A stretch of 61,005 nt of DNA from a virus (Duplodnaviria > Caudoviricetes), in the IMG/VR virus record IMGVR_UViG_3300042476_000679, positions 1 to 61,005 of that record; one strand, 5' to 3'. A program made the translations under genes and the position numbers. The notes beneath the pieces are model-generated. The model saw only the letters and a list, made by a program, of their open reading frames with translations, did no database searches and was not told where the DNA came from. Of this stretch, positions 30,169 through 38,875 are shown piece after piece (the first letter of the stretch is position 1; each line of letters starts with the position of its first letter).

Positions 30169-30855
30169 TTATGGACACTTAGAATTAGTTGGTGTAGGTG
30201 TTCTAGTAGGACTATTAGCTGGAGTTCCTGAGTTTGATGGAGGAGGAGTGGTCGTAGGAGTAGGAGATTCTAATGGTGTAAGAGTTGGTGTTGGTGTTAT
30301 TGCGTTGGTTAGTGTTGGTGTTGGTGTTGGAGTTTGACTAAACCCTGGTAAACCTGGCGTTCTGGTACTCGTTTGTGTTGGTGTTCTTGTAGCTGTTTGT
30401 GTTTGGGTCTTAGTAACCGTCCGAGTTGGTGTTGGTGAACTGGTGGCACTTTTAGACAACGATAAACTAACACTAGGCTGCATTGATTTACTAACAGTTC
30501 TAGTATTTGTTGGTGATTTAGTAACAGTAATAGTAGGAGTTAATGATGCGCTTGGGGGTTGGCTACTTGCTGGTGTTGGAGTATTGGTTTTAGTAGCAGT
30601 AATTGCTGGAGTTGCAGAAGGAGAAGCTGATAATCCTGGTGTAGATACAGGAGTATCTGATACAAAAATAGGTGTTAAAAAATTATTTAATGGAGTATTA
30701 GACGGAAATGGTGGCCTAGTATTTGTGGGAGTTTGTGTTACTGCCGGAGTGTTAGATGGTAATGGTGTAGGCGTTCTGGTTCCGGTTTTAGTTGGACCAG
30801 GAGTATTTGATACTGATCTTGATGGTGTTGGTGTGTTAGATGGACATATACTCAT
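30169..30855 (-). CDS. Mucin-like Thr/Pro/Ser-rich protein
   Basis: Almost entirely TPTP/SNTP/TRTP low-complexity sequence, with a Cys-Pro at each end. Confidence 0.6.
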   Translation of the reverse strand: MSICPSNTPTPSRSVSNTPGPTKTGTRTPTPLPSNTPAVTQTPTNTRPPFPSNTPLNNFLTPIFVSDTPVSTPGLSASPSATPAITATKTNTPTPASSQPPSASLTPTITVTKSPTNTRTVSKSMQPSVSLSLSKSATSSPTPTRTVTKTQTQTATRTPTQTSTRTPGLPGFSQTPTPTPTLTNAITPTPTLTPLESPTPTTTPPPSNSGTPANSPTRTPTPTNSKCP

Positions 30856-30871
30856 AGTTTAAACCATTTGA

Positions 30872-33625
30872 TCACGGTAGATTAGGTGGTAATTTATCAT
30901 CACTAAATTTTTCCATTCTTATAGCAACTGCTGGACAACCATTAGTATCTGTAGCGGAAGTAGGTAGTCCCATCTTATTAAATACCGTTACCGCCTTTTC
31001 CGATTCACATTCTAATCCGGCTGAATATTCTACCACCATAAATCCGTATGCTGAAGTTGGTGTTATAGCTCCTTCATACTGATAATAAAGACCATAAATT
31101 GTTGGAGTAGTAGGCTGAGGATGTTTATCTAATACAATATATTTTTCTGTTAAAGTATCAAAATAAGCATATACTAATTCTCCGGCATTATGACATCTAC
31201 CAATACGATCAACGACCTTGATCATCACTTCTGCTTTGTATTGATCACTACTAGATGACGAACTATCACTGGAAGAGGATGAACTAGAACTACTACTTGA
31301 TGACGACGATGAACTAGAAGAGCTGCTTGATGACGAAGATGATGATGATGATGAACTAGATTCGCTGCTTGATGACGAAGATGAAGACGAACTAGAAGTT
31401 CCGCTGCACTCGATGGTTGATATTGTTATTGAAGGTATATCTGTTTCGCACAATACCTTGATACGTTTTCTGGTCGCTACCAATCCATTTTCAGTTAAGC
31501 TTAATCCGGTAATAACCTCTATGCCACCAGGACAATCATTTTGACTACTACTACTACTAGATGGTGTACAAGGACACTCGGCCTCACTATTATATGGTCC
31601 ACTAACAGCATTCTCTACTCCTGGAAAAGCAGGATCGCCACTATTAAGACAACGAAATAAGAGATTTCCAAATTCATCTTCTCCATTAGTAAAACAATAC
31701 CATTGATCAGGTTGGCATTCTCCAACATTGACTAATATCCATTCGTATGTTTTTTCATCTACTGTCGTTTCACATTTCTTTTCGATCTCTGGATCGATTG
31801 TTGTTCCTTCTTTATCAAATAATTTTTTACCATAAGGTATAATAACACCCTTACCTTCGCCAAAAGCATCAACCTTTTTGATAATTTTAGCAACAACTAT
31901 ACGATAAGACTGAGGACTAACCCATAATCCGCGCTCTCTATCAAATCTTAAATCTATAGGGGCTGCTGGCCATGTTGCTGGCTTTCTTAACCAATCTTTC
32001 AAAAATTTATCTTTTAATTCAGTTTTCTTAAAAACGCCCTCTTTAGCACTATCAACGGTATCAGCTTCATTAGGTATGGGTTTTCCATCTAAATCATAAC
32101 CCCAGCTATGAAGAACAATAGGCCCTCTCATTCCTAGAAATCTATAATCTTGAGAGTATCTTTCTGGATTATCTAATCTATATAAATTTGTATCAATACC
32201 TTTATCTGGTAATTCTTTTTCTCTACCTATAGAACCAATAACATGGCCATCTCCTGGGCCTCTGTGATGATGCTCATTATCTCCAAATTTACTAGTTACT
32301 GGATTATTATACTTTTGAGTAATTTCTGTATTATATTGTTCGTGTTTAAATTCTTTTCCGCTACAATCTCCACTCACGGTAAATGGAGGTTGTGGTGCAA
32401 TAGGTGAGGCTTTGTGGCTCTCTGGATCGAAGCTCGCATATCTTGGAAGCCCGCCATCTCCACCTAAAGATACAGGACCAAATAGTCCATCCAAACTCAT
32501 GTATGCTTTTTTCTCATAGTCATATGTCATTTCACCTACACTTTTAGGTAAAACATCAATACCAACAGAAGTTCTTTGACCATCTTTTTGCCAAGTATAA
32601 ATTTCTGATACTAATAGTCTTTGTAGTGTTCTTCCTTGTTGTGGAGGAGGGGCTGCTCGTGGTGGAAATCGCTGATTAAATCTGGCTATTTTTCTAGCAA
32701 TTTTATTAGAAACAGCAGCTTGATTTCTTAAAAATCTGATCTGTTCTGTTCTATTGCGATTAATATCTTTAATACGATCTATAAGATGTCTATTTAAAGA
32801 TCCAAATTTAGGAGTAAAAGTTCTAAATTCATAGGTGGTTGTTATACCATTACTACTAAAATTAAAATTTAGTGCAGATAGTGTCGGTCCAACACTATTT
32901 AATGCGACACCTAAGGAACTTAATTGCGGAATGGGCAATCCCGGTATTGTGACACTGCCAGTTTCCGCTTTAACTAATCCTATTGCCATAGACTCTACAA
33001 TAGAGGCTCCGGCCGCATTCATGCCATCAACAGAACCAAAAACCCAAGGACATAATTCTGTATTGGTTTCTACTTGTGTTCCGCCACAACTATTGCCAAA
33101 ATTAGAAGATGCATAAGGGCCATATGTTTTAATATTGCTTCTCATTGGTACAACAGCAGCTATTGGTATAACCGCTGTTGCTTGAAAACCTAAATTATTA
33201 ATTGATCTAAGATCTACAGCAGTAGCAGCTTTTTGTAATTTCTGTTTTTTTTCGTCATTATCGGTAACGCTAGAGCGAACTGTAACTGCTGCTTTGGTAT
33301 TACCATCCTCTGTGGTAATTGTTTCTGATTCAGGATTCTCATTATTGCCTTCTCCATTACCACAGTCATCTGCCAAGCCAAGCATATCCATACCAAATAA
33401 AATACCCTGTGGAATTTTTTGCTGATCATCACAAATTTTTGCCAAACACGGAGCATCAAATTTTATAACCACATATGGCGCTGGTACTCCACCTCCCGGA
33501 GTTTGGTAAATAAAGATTTTTTCTTCAACCTCTGCCTTAACCCATACATTTTTTCCTATGACAACAATATTATCATAAGACATTTCAGAGATATCTAAAT
33601 TACCACAATCATCTATACCGGCCAT
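30872..33625 (-). CDS. Putative tail-tip/baseplate protein with poly-Ser linker
   Basis: Lies downstream of the TMP and tip genes. 917 aa with a Cys-rich segment and a long Ser tract. Confidence 0.55.
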   Translation of the reverse strand: MAGIDDCGNLDISEMSYDNIVVIGKNVWVKAEVEEKIFIYQTPGGGVPAPYVVIKFDAPCLAKICDDQQKIPQGILFGMDMLGLADDCGNGEGNNENPESETITTEDGNTKAAVTVRSSVTDNDEKKQKLQKAATAVDLRSINNLGFQATAVIPIAAVVPMRSNIKTYGPYASSNFGNSCGGTQVETNTELCPWVFGSVDGMNAAGASIVESMAIGLVKAETGSVTIPGLPIPQLSSLGVALNSVGPTLSALNFNFSSNGITTTYEFRTFTPKFGSLNRHLIDRIKDINRNRTEQIRFLRNQAAVSNKIARKIARFNQRFPPRAAPPPQQGRTLQRLLVSEIYTWQKDGQRTSVGIDVLPKSVGEMTYDYEKKAYMSLDGLFGPVSLGGDGGLPRYASFDPESHKASPIAPQPPFTVSGDCSGKEFKHEQYNTEITQKYNNPVTSKFGDNEHHHRGPGDGHVIGSIGREKELPDKGIDTNLYRLDNPERYSQDYRFLGMRGPIVLHSWGYDLDGKPIPNEADTVDSAKEGVFKKTELKDKFLKDWLRKPATWPAAPIDLRFDRERGLWVSPQSYRIVVAKIIKKVDAFGEGKGVIIPYGKKLFDKEGTTIDPEIEKKCETTVDEKTYEWILVNVGECQPDQWYCFTNGEDEFGNLLFRCLNSGDPAFPGVENAVSGPYNSEAECPCTPSSSSSSQNDCPGGIEVITGLSLTENGLVATRKRIKVLCETDIPSITISTIECSGTSSSSSSSSSSSESSSSSSSSSSSSSSSSSSSSSSSSSSSSSSSDSSSSSSDQYKAEVMIKVVDRIGRCHNAGELVYAYFDTLTEKYIVLDKHPQPTTPTIYGLYYQYEGAITPTSAYGFMVVEYSAGLECESEKAVTVFNKMGLPTSATDTNGCPAVAIRMEKFSDDKLPPNLP
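31245..31400 (-). repeat. Poly-serine coding tract (about 45 Ser)
   Basis: Mixed TCN/AGY codons with degenerate repeats of roughly 30 nt (gatgaactaga...cttgatgacga). Confidence 0.85.
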
Positions 33626-33641
33626 AATTATTCATGCTCCA

Positions 33642-35273
33642 TTAGTTAGGTACAGGACCTTCAGGCCCATAGTTATTGTCAGACCAAGAGTCTTCTCCGT
33701 ATTGATTTTCCTGGTCTTTTACTTCTGGAGGAACTTCTTGTTCTTTAGCAACAAAAATAGCAAATGCGCCTATACGATCATCTGTTTCTCTAAAAGTACC
33801 CAAATCCGGATCACCTAAGCCTAATACTGGAACTCCATAATCAACCCACCCACCAGCATTAGTAGGATCAGAACTAAATATTTTTTCTTGAAATTTTTCT
33901 CCACGATAATAACAAATTTTTTCATTTAACTTGGTAAAAAACTGTTTACCATAATATGTTGTTCCAAGATTTTGAACAAATGCGTGTATCGCCTGTAAGT
34001 CATTAACTATTAAATCCGCCAGATTTTTTCCCTTAAATGGACCATTAATAACGTCGGCCAAAGCTTTATATCTAGTAATAGCATCTATATTTGGATCTTG
34101 CATTATTTCATTAAATACCCTACGCACACCCTCATCATCTAGATTATAGTTGAGTCTGACAGCTTCATTAAGGCCGCCTTTAATTTTATCATTGGCTACT
34201 CTCATAAACCATACGTCATAAGATGCCATAGCACCTCTAATATCGTGTTCGCTAATAGTAAATGGACCATTATTTGGTAGTGGTTTATTCAGTGTTAAAT
34301 TTAGTTCCTTAATGCGTTTTTTAATCCAAAAACCATAACATTCTGACCACGCATGAGGCACTATTGGTATAAACTCATTACCGTCCCATTCTTCTCCAAA
34401 GTAAAAATTGAACTTATTAACCGGTGAAAGATAGTGTTGTTTTTCTCCAAATAATAATGCTTTTGTTTTTTCATTACGCAACTCTTCACCATAACTTAAC
34501 TCTGTAGCAATACCATTAAAAATACCATCAGGACTAGAAATAGTCTCAAAGCTTTCAGGAGCTATTTTCATATCAATAGTACCAATTGTAATCACATTTC
34601 CAGACAATAACTTTACATAAAACTCTAATCCTAATACATTACATATATCTTGCAATAGTTGTAATATAGTAATACTTGGTCCGGGTACTCTATAATACTC
34701 TGGTACGTTTTGTGGAAAACTATTAAAATCAATAGTATAATTATATCCAGTTGGTGAACAGATAGTAGGATTCATTTGTTTGAGTTTATTCAGAATCATG
34801 AAGTATGGAGTACCTCGTTCTGTTGACCAAGAAGAACCAAATACTTGGCAGTTTCCATCTAGAATTTCTCTTTCATATGCTGCATAGATATTAAAATAGT
34901 TTGATGCCTGTACAGGATTACCTACATATGAATCTATAATTACGATAGCATTTTCTAAAAGCTGTCTGGGGTCTACAACTTTGACATTATAGGTTTTACC
35001 AGATCCTCCTTGTGTTTCTGTCCAATTAGTTAAAACTCCACCAAAATTAAAACAGTCGCTATAACCTTGGCTACTCATACAAGTAGAAAAATATACTGGA
35101 GCACCTACTTCAATAAGATTTTCTTTTGGTAAAAATAAATCTCCACTTTCACAGTCTTCTATCAAATCAACATTCAGACTACTTTCTTGTGCTGATCCTA
35201 ATCCTAAACTAGTATTAAATGATAATACCGTTGCACCTAGAAACTTAATTGGCTCTGTTATTATATCTGTCAT
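33642..35273 (-). CDS. Putative tail-tip hub (Tal-like) protein
   Basis: Position after the Dit-like pair. FGGVL...YNVKVVDPR and TILQLLQDICNVLGLEFYV resemble hub motifs. Confidence 0.55.
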   Translation of the reverse strand: MTDIITEPIKFLGATVLSFNTSLGLGSAQESSLNVDLIEDCESGDLFLPKENLIEVGAPVYFSTCMSSQGYSDCFNFGGVLTNWTETQGGSGKTYNVKVVDPRQLLENAIVIIDSYVGNPVQASNYFNIYAAYEREILDGNCQVFGSSWSTERGTPYFMILNKLKQMNPTICSPTGYNYTIDFNSFPQNVPEYYRVPGPSITILQLLQDICNVLGLEFYVKLLSGNVITIGTIDMKIAPESFETISSPDGIFNGIATELSYGEELRNEKTKALLFGEKQHYLSPVNKFNFYFGEEWDGNEFIPIVPHAWSECYGFWIKKRIKELNLTLNKPLPNNGPFTISEHDIRGAMASYDVWFMRVANDKIKGGLNEAVRLNYNLDDEGVRRVFNEIMQDPNIDAITRYKALADVINGPFKGKNLADLIVNDLQAIHAFVQNLGTTYYGKQFFTKLNEKICYYRGEKFQEKIFSSDPTNAGGWVDYGVPVLGLGDPDLGTFRETDDRIGAFAIFVAKEQEVPPEVKDQENQYGEDSWSDNNYGPEGPVPN

Positions 35274-35284
35274 ATTCCTTATCC

Positions 35285-37105
35285 TTAAATATCACATCCA
35301 GTACTACATATATACCCCAAATTAATAGTATAAGAACCATCAATTGGATTATTAGTATACTGTTTTTGTGTTAATATATAATCACCAACAGGTAGTCCTA
35401 TCGGGAAGTAACCTTCATCATAACAAGAATTACACTGTATTAATGATGGTAAATCAATACCAGATGGTTGTCCAATATCACTATTATCTGTACCTTGTAT
35501 AGTAATAGCCACACGTTTAGCTGTAAATGTACCTAATTCTTGTATAATCGGGCAAGAATTGCTATTTGGTATATTAAAAGTAGCAATTATTTTATTAGGG
35601 TTATTAGTTTGTATTGATATTTGTGCATATTTTTTACCACAAATATTATCACTATTATATTCAGCTGTATAGCCTATATTACCACCAACATAATCGTGTG
35701 TAAAATTTAATGATAGTGGGTGTGGTGGGTCTGGAACCTGATCATCAGGACTTGGAGAAACACCAAGAGCATCCATCGTAATACCCAAAACTGCTTTATA
35801 ATTTGTTTTTAGATCTTTTTTACCGGTGGTACCCATACCAGCATTATAGTCATTAGGATTATAAATTTTATCCAAAACTATTTTAGCATTATCATAAGCA
35901 CTTTGACTACTTCCATTAGATATTAGAATAGTACCAGTTTCTGGTAAGGTTAGCGGTCCTGGAACTCTAATTAAACCACCCTCAATCAAACCCTGAATTT
36001 TACCATTAAGTGAAATGGTAGTAGTTGTTTTGCCTTCTGGAGTGTTTGTTGTATTTATAGATTTACTGACGGTATGAACAGACGCATTATCAGACCAATT
36101 ATTATTACCAAGAGTTGTGCTAATAATAGCAGAATATGTTGCAGAAAATGAGCCCTCTGACTCTGAAACATCGCATGTTATTTTTTCATTATAGATTTTG
36201 TATATGGCATCACTTAGTGAAGACAATAGGCCATCCTCAAATCCTCCTGGTTCATGTAAATTATCTAGTCCATCAGTACTAAAACATCCAGAAGGGGGAT
36301 AGCTATTTTTTAAGACACTATTGATCAGATTTGTTACCTGATGATATAATCTGTATTGAACAAAATTTTTAGCTTGTTCCCATGCTGGTAATAATTTGGT
36401 ATTCTCGGAAGTGGAGCCGCCCTCGGTGTAAGTATAATAATTTTTGCCTACTGCATTAATATTATATTGTATATTAAAACTTACATTATTCAAATTTAGA
36501 TTGTTATTATTATCAATACTTTGTACTCTAGCATATGATTCATTTTCATTGAAGCTAAAAGACCAACTATCATTAAATGTTTTAACTTTAAACTTATTGA
36601 TATCTAGAATACCATCAGTACTGAAAGTAGAAGCATCTAAAAATGAAGCTCCGCAAGTATCTACTGCGGACATAAAATCAATAGAATTAAATTCAATAGA
36701 TGCTGTAAAATTAGCAAAATGATACCAATTATTATTAGATTCATTAAATTCTAAAGATCGTAATATTCCGCCTCTGGCCTTAAGAATATGAGCGTTACTA
36801 GCCCCATCAACAATTTGCAGCATATTACCATTTTGGCTTAAAATACGTCTTAATTTATGAATATGATCTGCTACAGAGCCCATACCGTATTCGCTAGGTT
36901 CCGGATATTCTTCTCCATAATCAGTATCTCTTAAGTCTAGACCTGTGACTACTCCATTGAAATTAATGACATAGGTATATCCAATAATAGTATCATTACT
37001 ATATTGAAATTCTGTACTGATAGAAATATCGGGACATGGTATTAATCTGTGGTCCGCATCTAATGATCCATAGTACATTTTAACATCTGGTGTATAAATT
37101 GCCAT
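35285..37105 (-). CDS. Putative distal-tail/tip protein, paralogue B
   Basis: Collinear similarity to 37108-38865. Second gene after the TMP. Confidence 0.55.
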   Translation of the reverse strand: MAIYTPDVKMYYGSLDADHRLIPCPDISISTEFQYSNDTIIGYTYVINFNGVVTGLDLRDTDYGEEYPEPSEYGMGSVADHIHKLRRILSQNGNMLQIVDGASNAHILKARGGILRSLEFNESNNNWYHFANFTASIEFNSIDFMSAVDTCGASFLDASTFSTDGILDINKFKVKTFNDSWSFSFNENESYARVQSIDNNNNLNLNNVSFNIQYNINAVGKNYYTYTEGGSTSENTKLLPAWEQAKNFVQYRLYHQVTNLINSVLKNSYPPSGCFSTDGLDNLHEPGGFEDGLLSSLSDAIYKIYNEKITCDVSESEGSFSATYSAIISTTLGNNNWSDNASVHTVSKSINTTNTPEGKTTTTISLNGKIQGLIEGGLIRVPGPLTLPETGTILISNGSSQSAYDNAKIVLDKIYNPNDYNAGMGTTGKKDLKTNYKAVLGITMDALGVSPSPDDQVPDPPHPLSLNFTHDYVGGNIGYTAEYNSDNICGKKYAQISIQTNNPNKIIATFNIPNSNSCPIIQELGTFTAKRVAITIQGTDNSDIGQPSGIDLPSLIQCNSCYDEGYFPIGLPVGDYILTQKQYTNNPIDGSYTINLGYICSTGCDI

Positions 37106-37107
37106 AA

Positions 37108-38865
37108 TTATCCTCTACATAAATATTCTAAAGATATGGTGAAAGATCCATCTATAGGATTGCTATCATAATCCTCTTTAGTTTTAATCCAGTTTATATT
37201 GTCATTAGATACCATCTGATCAAACTGTGCTATACTAAACTTAGGAATCGAGTCATTGCAAACATCAAGTTCAGATAATTCAATGCACTGTTTATTTTCT
37301 TTTGATCTGCCTTCTATATTTATAGATATTGTTCTTGATGTTTTCATATTTAACTTCTGAATAATCGGTCCAGATATTCTTCCTGGAACTATAAATTCTT
37401 GTATTATTTCTATAGGATCATTTCTTACTATACTAATATTCGTATAGCCTCTGTCTTTGATTTCATTCAAAGCTTTGTCATAAGTTACGTTATATGATAC
37501 TATACCATCATTATATGTGTGGTCCACATTGAACGCTGATGGTTTCGGTGGTAATCCATCATTATTTTTCACTAAAAGTGCTGCTTTAGTAATGCCCAGC
37601 GATGTTTTCATCGAGTCGTGTAAGTCGGATCCGCTAGAAACCTTTTTCTTAAAATAAGCTAATGCGTTAGAGTATTTTGTTTCATTACTATTTACTGTAG
37701 TTATAAATGTTCCATTATTAGGTAGAACAAAATCATTATTGTAGTATATAAAACCACCCCTAACCAATCCTTGAATATTTCCTTGTACCGATATTGAAGC
37801 TGATTGTGGCTGAGATCTAGTGTAGTTATCCGTGAGTGTAAAAGTGTGTACCGCCGCATTTTCTACTGGACTAAGAGCTGTATTATATCTTTTTAAAGTT
37901 GCATTATATGTTATACTAAAACTACCATCAGCTTCTGAAGTATCACAATCTATTGATTCATTATAAATATCATAATTTGGTAAACCATCTCTTAATGTCA
38001 CAAAACCATCTAAAATACCACTTTCTCTAGGACTTGTATTATCTACTTGATATAATCCGGACGGTACAATATCAGCAGCACATCCATCATTATTATTTGC
38101 TTTTATTTGTAATATACCTCCCATTAATCCCATAATTTGTTTATGTAATCTATTTTGTACAAAGTTCTTGGCTTGTTGCCATGCTGGTATTAAATTATCA
38201 TCAACATAATAGTTCTTTCCTGTGGCAGATAATGAGTAGGTGACTTTAAAAATATTATTGTAGTAATCATCATGGCTATTATATATTTGTTCATCAATTA
38301 CAAAAGACCACTTATCATTAAATTCTTTAATCTTATACTGCTTCATATCTATTAAGTGATCACTAACAATATGATTGCCGCTTTGGTTGGGAGTATGGAA
38401 CAAAGTACTAGCGCACGATATTTGATCATTCGCTACACAACCTATAAAATCAACTTCATTAAATTCTATTTCAATATTATATTGTGAATAATTTACCCAT
38501 CTATTTTCAGATGCATTCAGTGTGATATTTTTAATTGTGGCACCCTTGGCAACAATAATATCATCTGAGCCTTGTTTAATATATAGATTACCGCCATTAA
38601 AATTAAAAATTTCTCTAATATCACCCATATGCTCTATGGTTTTATCTGCACCATAGTCGGTTGAATTACTGTTTAAATCTTTTCTTAAGGCATTAGCATA
38701 ACCAGTAAGACTTATATTATATGTATATCCAACAACACTATCATTGGCATAATAAATTTCTGGACTGATATTGATAATAGGAGCAGGAGCTAGTCTATGC
38801 TCGTCTGCTGGAGATTCTGTTTGTTTACAATAATAAACTTTTATGGCAGATTCATATCCGGGCAT
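37108..38865 (-). CDS. Putative distal-tail/tip protein, paralogue A
   Basis: Immediately downstream of the TMP, beta-rich. Confidence 0.55.
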   Translation of the reverse strand: MPGYESAIKVYYCKQTESPADEHRLAPAPIINISPEIYYANDSVVGYTYNISLTGYANALRKDLNSNSTDYGADKTIEHMGDIREIFNFNGGNLYIKQGSDDIIVAKGATIKNITLNASENRWVNYSQYNIEIEFNEVDFIGCVANDQISCASTLFHTPNQSGNHIVSDHLIDMKQYKIKEFNDKWSFVIDEQIYNSHDDYYNNIFKVTYSLSATGKNYYVDDNLIPAWQQAKNFVQNRLHKQIMGLMGGILQIKANNNDGCAADIVPSGLYQVDNTSPRESGILDGFVTLRDGLPNYDIYNESIDCDTSEADGSFSITYNATLKRYNTALSPVENAAVHTFTLTDNYTRSQPQSASISVQGNIQGLVRGGFIYYNNDFVLPNNGTFITTVNSNETKYSNALAYFKKKVSSGSDLHDSMKTSLGITKAALLVKNNDGLPPKPSAFNVDHTYNDGIVSYNVTYDKALNEIKDRGYTNISIVRNDPIEIIQEFIVPGRISGPIIQKLNMKTSRTISINIEGRSKENKQCIELSELDVCNDSIPKFSIAQFDQMVSNDNINWIKTKEDYDSNPIDGSFTISLEYLCRG

Positions 38866-38875
38866 ATATTATTCC

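Noticed and set aside
30443-30862. Antisense Val/Gly-rich ORF
   Set aside because: It is the mirror of the Thr/Pro codons of 30169-30855, which fits the minus-strand operon.
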